The position numbers and the translations under genes were made by a program. Of a stretch of 64,000 bases of DNA, positions 37,400 through 49,600 are shown in pieces. This DNA comes from Raillietiella orientalis. Lineage: Eukaryota. How positions within the stretch are numbered: position 1 is the stretch's first letter; every line of letters starts with the position of its first letter. The notes below the pieces were generated by a model. It saw only the letters and a list, made by a program, of their open reading frames with translations. It was not told where the DNA came from and did not search any database. The stretch spans positions 2,232,001 through 2,296,000 of the forward strand of contig JAYWIR010000009.1 in the NCBI GenBank assembly GCA_036172245.1. The letters run 5' to 3'.

Positions 37400-39050
37400 A
37401 CGCGATTCCGGCTTGCCACTTCAGACGCTCAAATGTTGCCTCCGGCTGCCGAGAAAGACCCCATTTGGGATCACTCGAAAGGCACCGCCAGCGGCGAGCC
37501 GAACGTGCATCTCGTTCCCAGACTTACGCGGTTCCACTTGGATCTCCTGAGGGGTTTTTGGTGTGGCTACCTTAATCCATAACACCCTAGTTAAGCTCCA
37601 CAGTTCCGCGTCTTCTGTTCGCTGGACCGTCCTCCTTCGTGTAATCAGAAACAGATCTGCTACCAGTTGCGGAGAATGGCAAGGCAAACTGGGCAAGCGA
37701 TGTAGTCTGAGATTTACCGAAGACTGGCAGAGTAAGGCGCACCAACGGACGCTGAGTGGGCAGCAACGGGCCGTTGTAGGTGAACTTTGAGCATTTGGTT
37801 TAGCAACTTCGACCTGCAAGAATGAAAGCGCTCTGCAAGCTTCCAGCATCATCATCGTCCAAACAACGAAAGGGCATCTTCGCCTCGAAACCAACACAGT
37901 TGACCTTGTGACCACCATAGCTGGCATCGGTTTGGGGGGTGGCTTCCCTTCCATTCAGAGCCTGGAAATCGAAGAAACGCAGCAGAAAGCTGCGTTCGGG
38001 ATGTGCATCTCTGACATTTCAAAGAAAACCTATGGCGACTTGCTGCAAGTAAGGGATCGTCTGCGAGGGAACATCTGGGTGTTCGGTGTACGCTGGACTT
38101 TTAAATGCCGAGCGAAAGAACAGATTGACTATCACCACACTGGAGGATGGCTGAACGGGCAGGGGAAGCCGTCCGCTCGAAGTTTGTTTCAAGTGAAAGT
38201 TTTTTTTTTCTTTGTGTCTTCTTGCGACAGAGTGGATTGCCCCCGGCTAAGAAAGGACGCCTTCCTTGTGTGCAAGGGAGGCACGCATGGGTGCAGGCGA
38301 ACGCAGGACGATTCTGTGCTCTCTTAAAAAGGCAGGGAAGAGTGTCGGACTCTGCCGCAAGCAAAGTTTCCCAGGGGCAGACACACCTGGTCCAAATTAA
38401 TTTCTTGAGCGCAGCGGGGGAACCAGTTGGTCCGGATGCGGCTCGTGCGATGGCGACCGCCATCCCAGCTCCGCGAAACCCCACAGAAAGCAGCGGTTCC
38501 TCCCACAGGCCCTTTTCCAGCTATCCAGTCATGGGTCACCCGTCCGGACTTGGTCTTGGTCTCTTGGTCCGGATGGTCCTTCCACCAGATCGCAGGCTCC
38601 CTTCCCGTGAGCCCCACGTTTTGTTGCTCTCACCCGCTTCTTCACCTGACAATTCTCCGCTTGCACGGGAAGCCTGCAGCGAAGGTGACGCAAAAAACGT
38701 CAACCGAACACTGCTGGCGAGCACATTACGTGCTCGCGGAAGCTGGTCGTGAGCGCAGGAGTGGGGGACGTAGGCCTGGTTCACGACGTATCACCCACGG
38801 GAGGTGGAAGTGCCTGCCCAGACATTCCTGGAGGAAGCGTTTCGAGCGGATGAAGTGGCAGTTTCGCCGAACGTAATGACCAGGCGGGGGTGCATTCGGC
38901 GACAGGGATACTCTTTTGGAGGTGGTTTCACCCCTAGCTGTGTCCTGGAACCTCCTTGACCAAGGCGATGCGGGTCGCAGCATCCAGCGGGAGAACGAAA
39001 GAGTTCACCGTACGGAGAATACGCAACGATGCAGGCGTTTCTTGGTGACT
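37400..39050 (-). mobile_element. Ty3/gypsy pol remnant (RT to integrase)
   Basis: LTFFASPSLQAS...EEAGESNKTW (RT), EINLDQVC (cf. LNxxKC) and LPSLPCHSPQLVADLF (cf. LPxRPWQxVxADLF, integrase). Confidence 0.4.
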
Positions 39051-39074
39051 TCATCACAGGTCGATGAAAGATCG

Positions 39075-39275
39075 CGCGTTAATTACAACGCAAAATTGAT
39101 AATAATAACGAATGGCACTAATAAGCAAGGCAGCGATAAATAATAAGCCATAATGATACCATCAATGAGTTATGATAATAAAAGGTAATACAATAAACGA
39201 ACGATATAATGCAAATAAGGAGTAATAATAATAAGCAAGGAGTAATAATGAATAAACCATAATAAGATGATAACT
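39075..39275. repeat. Degenerate (AAT)n low-complexity tract
   Basis: Repeated aataat/taataa units. Confidence 0.75.
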
Positions 39276-40473
39276 GCTGAGACATGTCAACGATGCTGTC
39301 TTTGCTGCTGCATCAACGCTGCTGTTGCCCAAATTCCAGGGCCCCACTGGACAATGGTTCCGCCTATGAGTTTTCCTTATGAGTTGGGGATATACTTTGG
39401 TGCTTCGGTCGTCCTTGAGGATCCTTGAAATCGCCTGCTCTGGAAATTCTTCTGCTTCAAGATGGCATCACCGGGTGCTTCGGCGCGGGATGAGCAGCGG
39501 GATTTCGGATCTCAGAGGAGCGCGCACCGCTCGCAGGGCAGGGACGGATGCGGGGTCACGAGGTGGGGTTCGACCTGAACGAGGCGAAGGTGCACAGGCT
39601 CGAGAGATCGCTGGCAACTTCGGCAATCGGAACCCCCAGGAAAAGGCGCTTCTGTTCAACGCGACATGTTTTCCGGTAACGGAGCTCCCGTTTCCTGGTT
39701 TGAGGGAGTGTTCGTTCTGGTTCTCCAAGGGTCGACGGCTCACCCCCACGTCCCTCGAACGAATGCAAGCGGATCTTCTCTCGCTTTCAAATAAACAAAG
39801 TTAAACAAGGTTGCTACTTTGGGAAGACTCCCGAGGTGATAAAAAATTCGGATCAATTTATTCGCAATTTATTAATCACTCTTACTTATTTTCAACGCTC
39901 ATAGATGGTAGCACAAGTTTCCATCCGAGTTGTGATTCAATTGGGAGGGAACGTCTCACGGTCCAGATGAACACAAGCATTTCTTTTCGTTTCAGAACTG
40001 GTGCCTGGAGCATCCTTCATAAATGAGAGAGCATGGAGCTGCTTTCCGTCCGTGTTCTTTGAATTCCTTGTTCAAGAGTCACTTTGGGATCTTGATCCGC
40101 ATGGGTTTCGTATGGGAGGACAAAGGGAGCATCTCTCTGTCTTTTCTTTAGTGGTCCACTCGATCTGCTGCGCCTGTTTCTCAAGGAAGCCAGCAACCTC
40201 GCACCTTGGATCTTCGCTGGGTCTGCAGGGTCGGCGTCGCGTGGGCGGAGGCGGCCTATCGAACGCGACCTCCGCGACGCGCGCGCGCGCATGCGCGCAA
40301 AAGTTCCCGTGCGCGTGCGCTTCGAACGCGGGAGGTGCCGCGCGCGCCGTCGGCGAAGTCGGCGTGTGCGGACGATGCTGAGAGAAATGCGTGGAAACCA
40401 CAGGCTGTCTTCCCAGGAAATGGTTTCGATGTTCTTTGGTTTCTTCTGCGCCGAAGAGTTCGCGGGGGATTTC

Positions 40474-41024
40474 TCACACGTGTGTGGCAAGGAGACTGGG
40501 ATCGCTCCCGATAGTATGACTAGAAGGGATTACGGTCAAGCCTCCTTTGAGCGCAAGCGAAGGCAAAACGGTGTTGCGGTTTCGCAGGAACGGATTCCCG
40601 TAGGTCGCCGAGTAACGCGGGTCGACGGCGTTCAGGTAGACGGAAGCTCTGCTCCCGTACAGGGACGGAGGAAGGTAGTCCTTGCTGTAGTCAGCGAAGG
40701 AGATGTATCCGTTGTTGTTGTAGTATTCCTGGAAATCGAGGGGGTTGAACGGACGCGGGAGCGGCAGCGGAGGAGGTCGACTCACGTTCTTCTGGGCGCA
40801 CTCCGAGGAAGCATGGTAGTCTCCAGAGCTGGGGATCAGCTGCAGAGTAGATTCGTTCGGGGCGTCGGCGCCTCTGGCCGGCTTGAGGCTGCCGCAGAAC
40901 GTCGGCCTGAACTCCTTCATCTCCGTGTCATTCGTCAGGCGGTCGAGCTCCATGGGCGAGGAGACGTTCGAGGGCTTCGTGGAGTTGTTCACGGGCTCTT
41001 GGACAACTAGCGGGGAGAGCCTCT
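40474..41024 (-). CDS. kirre: Kirre/Roughest-family receptor, last coding exon (cytoplasmic tail)
   Basis: ERLSPLVVQEP...NNNGYISFADYSKDY...VDPRYSATYGNPFLR...LLATHV*. The DPRxSAxYGNPxLR motif and terminal THV PDZ-binding motif are typical of Kirre/Neph proteins. Acceptor gctcaag|; kirre versus rst orthology inferred from the THV end. Confidence 0.9.
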
Positions 41025-41142
41025 CTTGAGCGACAGCCGACACGCACGGCGTCGTTTGAAGAAACGGCAGTGCATCGCTTCCTCGCCGTTACCGAGGTGC
41101 CACTCTGACACGCGCGCTACGTAAATGCGCTACTGACATCAC

Positions 41143-41175
41143 CGCTGATGAAATCTTTGGAGGAGAGGGAGGTAA
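41143..41175 (-). CDS. kirre: Kirre-like gene, putative 33-nt juxtamembrane microexon (VTSLSSKDFIS)
   Basis: ctctcgcag| acceptor and |gtgatg donor, phase 1-1, open in frame. Confidence 0.5.
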
Positions 41176-41339
41176 CTGCGAGAGTACTCTTAACCGTGGG
41201 TGAAACCCATTTCGTCGTGGCAACGGAGGTGACAATAGGGGGAAAAAAGGAATGCGCTTGGGAAGTTGCCACTAGGAAAGCTGGCGCTTTGCTTTCGCGG
41301 TGTTCTCCCAGGCAGAATCAAATCACACACGCACGTCAC

Positions 41340-41450
41340 CTTTGATTCCGTGTTGCTTCCTTTGGTACACCAGGAACGAGATGATTAGGACGATGACGAA
41401 GCAGATGGCTCCCGATGTTGCGGAAATGACGAGCAGGAGTGATGCGGACT
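41340..41450 (-). CDS. kirre: Kirre-like gene, transmembrane exon
   Basis: ESASLLLVISATSGAICFVIVLIISFLVYQRKQHGIK: hydrophobic helix plus basic stop-transfer; cttccag| and |gtgacg; phase 1-1. Confidence 0.88.
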
Positions 41451-42049
41451 CTGGAAGTTGGAAAAGGCAGCATGAACGCTTCACTTGCGAAACGCCCAAC
41501 AGGAGGGGTCCCTCAGGGAAGGGCGACCCGACCTCACCCTGAAGGACCCCTCTTCCACCCCCACCACCCCCCGAGGTGCGCGCACGCATCTGTGCGGCGG
41601 GAGGCCCCGTCAACGACGGAACAGCACGGCGGGTGGACGCTGGGCAAGGCGCGAACACACGCTGGTGAAGAAGGCTCAGGCGGGAGTGGGAACGCTACGG
41701 GAACCCTGAAGGAGAGGGAAGGAAGAGGGGGGACGGCCATCAACGTCTTCCTCAGGGGACGGACGGAGGTTTGAACCCGCGGAAGACTTCCGGCAAGAAC
41801 CCAGCAGACCCCGCAACCGAAGTAGGCTGAGGGCGTCCCTCTTCCGCTGGCGAATTTCGAGCGCTGCGGCCCCTGGGCTGCTGCTGGCCGCTTCGGGTCC
41901 AGCAGACCGCTTTTCGCCCGAGCGCCTGCAACCAGTTCCTTTCACGGATCCACCGATTTGCTACGCCAGCGTCCACCGGAGCTGCCGCTTGTCATCTCTT
42001 CCCAGCATCCACCAAATCACAAGTTCACGACGCTGCTGTTACCTAATGC

Positions 42050-42400
42050 GGCAAAATTAACACCAGCGAGAATAATGAGGCATTTGGCAATAAGAAATCA
42101 TGGCGGTAAGTCGCAGCAATTAGTAGGAATGAGTAATAACGGTAAGGAGTACCATAATGATCAGCGAAGAATAACAAAGAATATAAATAAGAGAGGAAAA
42201 TGAATAGACAGTAAGAGTGATAAGTGAGTAACGATCATGATGAATAAGCAGTGATGACGGTAATGATTATCCTTGTCATGCAGATAAGGAATGGAGATGA
42301 GAGCGGCTACAATCATCAGCAAAGAATGATAATATAAATGAAATGGGAATCAATGAGCAATGACGACGGCAGCCATCATCATTGTCATTTTTTCCTCTTC
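42050..42400. repeat. Degenerate (AAT/GAT)n low-complexity tract, intronic
   Basis: Repeated aat/atg/gat units. Confidence 0.65.
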
Positions 42401-44205
42401 ATTGGGAAGTTTTCTTCGTTGGTTTCATCGGCTGTGGGCCGTCGGTCCCCACCGCGGTTCAGAGGCGGTCGAGACCACGCTGGAGGTCGGGAAAGGCATC
42501 TGGAAATTCCCTAAGCAGATAGGGCATGCGAGGAGGAATAAGCGGGACTGGGAAAGGGAGGAAGAGCATCACTTCTGCGGGTAGGGGGGGGGGACGGCAT
42601 TGGCCGCGAATCTCCACGGCGACGCAGCTCCGAAGGCGGGGACCGACCGCACACTCCTGGACCTCCGATGCTCACGTGCTCCGGGTCGTCTCCCCCTCCC
42701 TCCTCGGTTTGGCGCCCCCCGCATGTGGAATTTGCTCGGGCAGGGCTTAGGGTGAACCGAGAGGAGGGAAATTTTCGTCCTACTAACGAACTGGAGCAGA
42801 CGGTTGCCATGGGCGACGACCGCGCTTGCCTGTCAGGAGATGTCCGAAGCGCGCCGCCCTGTGATGGACCAGTGCGGGAGCAACGAAAGGGGCGCTCTAT
42901 CCGCGTCCGTCGCGGGAGGAACCTTTGCAGGCGAAGTGGACGAAGGAGGAACCCACGCACCTCCCTAAGGCCCACGAGGACAAGGTACGTCGGGCCAATC
43001 TGTTCTTCCGCGACAGAGGATGGGCCCGATAGGGGAAAGCGCCAGTGCTCTCCGGGAAGGGGGAGGTCACAGCAACCGTGGACAAGCGGCGTTCGACCTT
43101 CGCACTTCCGCGTCGGGGAACGGGGGAGGCATGCCGCGGGCAAAGTTCGGTTATCCGTCGGAGCCGGAGAGGGCGTGGGGCGGAGGACGAGTGGCCGCCA
43201 CAGAGAGGGAGCTCTCGCGGAATGACCCCGGTTGGCACTTTGCTTGACCTCGGGCGGCGCTACTCCAAGTAGGCCGGCGATCCGGGCGGAGCGGCAATCG
43301 CAAGTCCCCTCCTGTCTTTCTTCCACCAGTGGCCCTGACTGTTCCACATGAGGTGATGAAAGAGGATCGGCGGAGCCTTTGAAATGAGCCCTCCGCAGAT
43401 TCACCGGAGGCCCTGCGGGCTTCCTGACGCCCATCATGAGACCTCCGAAGAAGAACGCGGTGCTTTGCGTACGGCAGGGCCTAACAATGCCTTCCCTCCT
43501 CCCGCAGTCTTGGACCCGTTCCTCGTTCAGAGCGAAGAGTCCTGAGAGAGTGGCGGCAAGAGGGGAAAAAAAGAAAAAGAAGGGGAAAAAGGGAAAGGGG
43601 ACGGATGTATAAATAACCCCCGAGGACGGAGGAGCAAAGGATTCGCACTCGAGATCCTGCCTCGGCGCGGACGGAGATGCGGATGGACGCGGCAGGCGCT
43701 GCCCGGAAGTGGAATCGAGGCGCTCGCAAGCAACACCTGGAGGGAAGAGCGCTTCCGGGGGATTGCGGGGCTGGGGGTGCGGAAATCCTCCACTCGTCAA
43801 CGGCAGCGGGAAGAAGTCACATACGGCGACCCCGGCGTTTTACGAGATCCCGACTCCGGAAAAGGGCACGAGCCATTCCCGTTGCCATGTCACGACGGGA
43901 AAGCAAAGAGGAGGAGGAGGAGGGATCTTTCTCTGATCTGCGCGGAAATTCGAGACCCGACTCCCGGAAGGCGAAGATTTCCCCAAACGCCCTCGGGGCA
44001 GGCGCGCTTCGAGTGTTTTGGAAGGAGGCTGCCGCCTGGTTTCTGAGGAATTCCAAAAGCAATCCGTTCCCACCGATCAGGAGCTAAGCGTTCCTCCTGG
44101 ACTCAGCAAGTGATGCCCGCTCCACAGCGCACTCCAGAAGGAGGAGGAGAAGAAGAAAGCCACCACATGGTCAGTCCTTGGTGGCTCTTCGGAAGGGCAA
44201 CTCAC

Positions 44206-44364
44206 CGCTTTTTTTAAGGATAATCCTGAAGGAAGTCCCTCCGTAGCGGTTGTAAGCCGAACAGTTGTAAACTCCGAAGTCATCATCGGTGGCTTTCTGC
44301 AGGAAGAGGGTGCTCTTGAACTGGTTGTCCGTTTCCTCTTCCGCAAGGCGAAAGCGCTCGTCCC
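44206..44364 (-). CDS. kirre: Kirre-like gene, Ig5 C-terminal half exon
   Basis: Not in the ORF track. Manual translation RDERFRLAEEETDNQFKSTLFLQKATDDDFGVYNCSAYNRYGGTSFRIILKKS (DxGxYxC motif); ttcttcaag| and |gtgagt; phase 1-1. Confidence 0.9.
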
Positions 44365-45044
44365 CTTGAAGAAACGGAGCTCTGCTTAGAACCTTTCGTC
44401 CTAGAGGACGACCTCGAGAAGCTATCGGTGGCGGAGAGAGCGAAAGGTCATCATTTTCCCCCTAGGGTCGAAATCAAAGGCATCCCACTTCTAGGTCGAG
44501 ATCACCCACAACTTGACGCCCGAAAGCTGCTGGCCACCGTTCACTGCCGTCGAAGGGCTGCCCTAGGACAGCCCTCCTTGGTTTGAAGGCTTCCACAAGA
44601 TTCCACCCCCTTTAGAATCCCCGTTTCTGTGGAATTTGCGGTGACGCACGGTTTCGATGACGGGAGGCAATCTTCGCTTACGTCACGACCCTGAACTTGA
44701 CGATGACGAAGCGACGAAATCCAGACGCCCCCGAACTTTGGGAGCCCCGAAATTCAGCAATCGAAAAGCCCCTCGAAATTACAGACTAAGGAGGAGGCAG
44801 ATGGAGCAAAGCAGGTGAATCGTGAAGCAGGAGCATGGACCAACTCTGACGGCAAATTTTTGACCTTTCACCCTCCTTTTTCATCAAGGATGGAATCCAC
44901 CCGGATTTCCTCAAGAATTCGATAAAGTTTGCTGGGACTCCACACAATTCGGAATCGCGCCGCCCAAACAGTCTCAGAAGTAGATGGCCGTGACGCATTT
45001 CTTTGGATGAATAGCTCTTGGTACGGAAACTGCAAAGTGCCGCA

Positions 45045-45420
45045 TCAAGGACCCTTGCGGAACTTTTCTGCTGCGATCGTAATCCCTTGGATGAAAAGAA
45101 GGGCTTTTACATCTTGTCGGTGGATTACGAAGGGCACTCCGGGATGCCGCTGGAATGGATGTTGCAAGATAAAGATCGCCAATAACTTAACCACATCTTG
45201 GAAAACTTTTCGTCGGGATTCCAAAAACCGATCCAAAAAAACGGCCTAAGAATATGGTGTAGTGAAGTGTCTGGGATAGGGTTCCAGAAGCGCCGGAAAG
45301 TACGCAGCCCTGGATAAACCGAAGCGGCGACATGGTACAGGAGAACGTGAGGAACATTTTGGGAGTCACAGGCTCCTGGGAGGCTCTCAAGCGAACCCGC
45401 TGTTCGGTCTCAGGGATGAG
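45045..45420 (-). mobile_element. Ty3/gypsy RNase H remnant, intronic
   Basis: VKLLAIFILQHPFQRHPGVPFVIHRQDVKAL (cf. ELLAI...FRxYLxGxPFxIxTDHKAL). Confidence 0.45.
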
Positions 45421-46104
45421 GTCGTGGCGCGCGCAGCTTGGGAAGAAGCCGCGACACGGATGAACACGAGTACACCATTCGTTCCGTGTCGACACGCGGC
45501 TCGACAGAGCGGTGGTCACGTGGATGCTCGATCTCTCAAGAATTGCAGCCGGATGCAAAATCCGCGTCCATTCGCTGGAGAACCTTCCACTTGTGCCTTA
45601 CAGCTACCGGCTCCGCCTCTGTTTCCTTTTTTGTTTTTGTTTTTTTGCATAACGAGCTGGAAGTGGGTGCTGCTTGCACAGGTTTTCTGCACAAAAGCAC
45701 TTCCCTTGCATCCTTGGTTGCCTGGCAATGGCAGCAGGGAATGAACTTGGAAGAGCTACCTCATCCTTGTGGCGCACATGCTCAGGCTCCTCTTACGTTT
45801 CCGTCCAAGTTCCGAGTATGCAAGAAATATGAGAAGCCTACTATGCCAGAAAGACAAAGGAAAACACCGCGAACATTTGCCGGAATTTGTCAGAACACTC
45901 GGTGACCAGCGACAAGAAAGGAACAAAGGAGCGTTGGTGATCTGAAATCGGGGAAACACATCAATCCCAAGAAATTCGGAGCCTGCAGCCCCTTCTAAAC
46001 TTTCTCCACGTGCGGAGGGGACCCATGCGCAATCCAAAACGCGCCAAATCCCACCGCACGCGTCCAAAGGTCACCGAATCGAGCCACCCTGGTCGCGAAC
46101 TTAC

Positions 46105-46366
46105 TGATGTCGATACGCTCCGGGCCACGAAACCAGATGACTTCTTCCGGTACAGGAATCGCTATCATGGGGCAGATGATTCGAATCTCCTTGCCGAGAT
46201 AGCCAAACTGCACTTCGTTGGCAATGATCCTCGGTGGTCCCTTCAACAGTATGGAAATCTCCGAGTTGATTTGCTGGAACTCTTCCGAGAGCACCTTGCA
46301 GATGTAGTGACCTTCGTTCTCGGCCTTCACGTTGGCTATGGTGAGGTATGGTCCCGTGCCGACGAT
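46105..46366 (-). CDS. kirre: Kirre-like gene, Ig4 end / Ig5 start exon
   Basis: IVGTGPYLTIANVKAENEGHYICKV...LKGPPRII..QFGYLGKEIRIICPMIAIPVPEEVIW; cacgcag| and |gtaagt; phase 0-1. Confidence 0.93.
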
Positions 46367-46475
46367 CTGCGTGAACCAGAAGAACAGAAAAGTGAGTTTG
46401 CGTTCACTGAGTGTAAAGAAGAATTTTCTTTCTTTCTTTTCTTTAATTTGTTTATTCGTTATTGGTAGAGATTAC

Positions 46476-46603
46476 CGTGTTTGTATGACCGAATATCCAC
46501 ATTATATCGGGTTTGGGATTCGCGTCCACTTCACACTTCAGAGTGACGTCGCTTCCCACCTCCGCGACGAACGTGGTCGGATGAGGAACAAATCTAGGAG
46601 CAT
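46476..46603 (-). CDS. kirre: Kirre-like gene, Ig4 N-terminal half exon
   Basis: Manual translation YAPRFVPHPTTFVAEVGSDVTLKCEVDANPKPDIMWIFGHTNT; gcggtag| and |gtaatc; phase 1-0. Confidence 0.92.
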
Positions 46604-49069
46604 CTACCGCACAAAGGAGAGAACAACATCAGTAGGTGGTTTCCAAGAGCAACAGTTCAGCGCGCGCGGCTGCAGCGTTGTGCACCCATCCTGGTTTGAA
46701 ATGGGTCTCAGCGTCACATCCGGTCTCAAGATACCGAGGACGGATAAAGTTCGGCTTCCCGTTTCGGGAGGCATCATTCATTCCGAAGCGGTGCTGCGGA
46801 CTTTCAGGACGCAATAGATCGTAACCATTGGCAACCCAAGATCGCCCAAACAGCAAGCCTTCTATCGCGAAGTAGTCGGCGAACAAAACAAGGAACTTTT
46901 GGATGCTGTGCTGTCTGGAGAAGGACGGAAGCTCCGACAGACTAAAACGTGTTGCGAAAATGAAACGAAACGAAAAAAAGAAGAAAAAAAAAAAAAAGGA
47001 AAAGAATGAAGCAAACAGCAGAACTCAGGTGTTACTGACGCAGACAGGTTCGACGGCTCGCGCTATTTTTCGCCTTCCGCCGAGCAAAGTTCGCAATTTG
47101 GAGCAGTCCCCCGAGGTGTGGGAGCGCTGCGGGACTCTCTTTGGGAAGGGATGCTTCGCCAGCAAGGAATTCGAGCTCATGTGGATGCAGCAGCAGCCTG
47201 TGATCTGCTGCGTGCGGTGACTGCTGCGGTCTTCAGCTCCGCCGCTTCCGTTTCCGAAGATCACGGTGACACGCAGGTAGGGAAGTTGCCAGCAAAGGGT
47301 GCAGAGGGCGTCCAGCGTAGGGAGATCCTGGAGCCCCACCCTATGCATGAGTGGATTTTCGTGCGCGTGTGACCGTCTCTTTGTAAACCCCGTTTCACGA
47401 TAAGCGTCATGACGTCACCGTGTGCAAGCCCGCGCTAAGCTTCGGGCTGAAATTGCCGGCATAATGATCATCACAAGGCTCGCAGCTTATAATTGCAGTC
47501 ATTATAATCAGCTCTTTCTTTCATCGTTTCGAATTTGTATTTTCCTGCAAAGAAACCCCCGCAAAGTTTTGGAGAAACCCTCCGTTCTAGCACGGAATTT
47601 CCCGGTCAAGTCTATTGAAATTGCCTCAAGTGAAACCTAAAGCCATTCTATGCAACCAAATGTAAGCCGACATCATCCTTCCTTCTTGAATGTTCGGATT
47701 TGGCCTTTTGGGGCTTTGAGGAATCAATGACCCTTCCAGATGGAACATCATGGATACTGAAAGACAGCCAAACTCCAGGCAGAGACCGACAAACACGTTG
47801 TACACTGAGCACTCAGTACAAATGCATGCATCCGTGCAGTCCTGTTGGTGATGTGCGAGCGAAAGAAAAGATGCATGATCAAATTTGCATAACTTGCGTT
47901 ATCTTCAGTGGATTTCTCGAAAGTTGGATCTTCTCGCGACCGACCATTAAAACCAATCTGTTTCACATCAACCAAGAGAGTTGCGACGGCACAGAAGGCA
48001 CGGGTACCCTACTCATGCGTCAAAGAGTGCCTAAACAACATCGGAACCACACAGAGCAATCCTGCAGGCATACCGCCGTGTTTTTTTTCTTTTCCGTTCG
48101 TGGAACTTGGGGGTCAAATGCCTCGTTGGATGTGCTGAAGAGGAATCAGCGACTCGTTTCCAGAGACCGTTTCCTCCCTTCATTTGGCCATGTCCTTCGA
48201 CGAATCGTCTGAGAAACAGTCCGCCAGTCCATACTTGTGTCCGACCAGGAATTATCCCCCCCCCCCCCATAGCGGCTCCAGTGGCGAGAGCGTGCGTAAA
48301 AGAATTCATTCCGAAAGAGCGAGAGTCCTGCTCCTCGGAAGCAGGGCAGACGGAATCTGCAAGCTGATTGGATCAGGCACGAAAATGGAGGCCAATTCGA
48401 GATCAGCGCTCATGTGGAAGCTGGTCAGTTGAAGCTTGGCTCCTCTTCTTTGACGGCGGTCACGCGATCTCAGCTCCGTCGCTTCCGTTCCCGAAGATCT
48501 TTGCGGTTACGGAACGCATCGCAGTGTCTCTCAGAGCATCTGTTCCCGTAATCTCGCCCGGGTTCAAAGATCCTCCGCAAGCTTGCTTGCAGGCATGGGG
48601 CAATGAAACTCTGCTGAAGCCCCGCAGCCATTTTAGACGACCGCATTTAAAAGGGTCTTTCCCAGCATTAGCTAGCAATGATGAATCGCGTACTCCTTAA
48701 CTTACTGAGGGGTATACACGGACTGAGGGGGTTAATTGGAAGCGCGGTGAAAAGATTTTCCTCAAATGAACAATTAGGACCGGACCAAACTCGAAAGTTT
48801 GTCTTTGGGAAGCTGAGAAACTTTGGGAGGGAACGGGCATGCATGCGCTCATGCGCCGACGGGTGTGCTCTGGGAGTGCAGCCTGCGCCACCGAGGGAGC
48901 TCCCGGATCTGTTTCCTCGCAACGTCTTCCCCGCTCTCTAACTGCTTACCTACAGACGGCAGGGGCTCGCTGGAAAGGACGTCGGTCACCAGCTGGTGTG
49001 AGAGCAGACTTCCCATGGGACTGTCTTTTTCTTGGTTCACTAAGCACTCAAGAGCCTAAGAGCTCGCGA

Positions 49070-49300
49070 AACTCTTTGACTCTTTGACACGATCACGATA
49101 CACACACTCTTTGACTCTGACACTTTTTGACACTTGTACACTTGTCCATGCCACCCGAGGGCGCGTGGTCGACTCTTCAAGTTGGACCACCCTATGAATC
49201 CAGAAAGGTTCTGGAGGAAGGAATCCGTTCCTCTCTACGCTTGTGAGGGATCCCTGAAGGGAAAGATCTCTTCCTCATTCTCCCCAGATGTTCAAGAGTT
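49070..49300 (-). mobile_element. 3' part of tRNA-derived SINE with simple-repeat tail, intronic
   Basis: Reverse complement agagaggaacggattccttcctccagaacctttctggattcatagggtggtcc matches 21931-21983, then ...tggacaagtgt and a (gtcaaagagtgt)-like repeated tail at 49070-49145. Confidence 0.75.
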
Positions 49301-49500
49301 TTTCTTGAACGGTCAGAACTCGACCTTCTTTGCGAAAGCGCTTAAAAGACCTCACAGTTCTTTTAGGAAAAGAAAGAGTTCTTCCAGGACGGTAGAAACC
49401 AATAAAAGTACTCATGAGATTTCTAAAACTTCAAGTTTCGAAAACTTCGGGCAGCCCCACCTCAGAATAGGGCCGAGCTGTGCTCTGGAAATCTTCCCTT

Positions 49501-49600
49501 GAAGAAAGAAGTCTTCAAGACATTCTCACTTGTTCCTTCTTTCCAAGGATGAAGAAAGAAGTCTTCAAGACATTCTCACTTGTTCCTTCTTTCCAAGGAT
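49501..49600. repeat. Perfect 50-bp tandem duplication (2 copies)
   Basis: gaagaaagaagtcttcaagacattctcacttgttccttctttccaaggat at 49501-49550 and 49551-49600. Confidence 0.97.

Noticed and set aside
40291..41010. 239-aa plus-strand ORF
   Set aside because: Antisense shadow of the kirre terminal exon.
42960..43100. Second GC-rich dispersed repeat resembling 52440-52520
   Set aside because: Similarity is short and patchy; cannot be supported without alignment statistics.
42511..43800. Longest ORF in the track (429 aa, minus strand)
   Set aside because: Pro/Arg/Ser-rich with no recognisable domain, non-ATG start, and located in a GC-rich kirre intron; consistent with a chance ORF.
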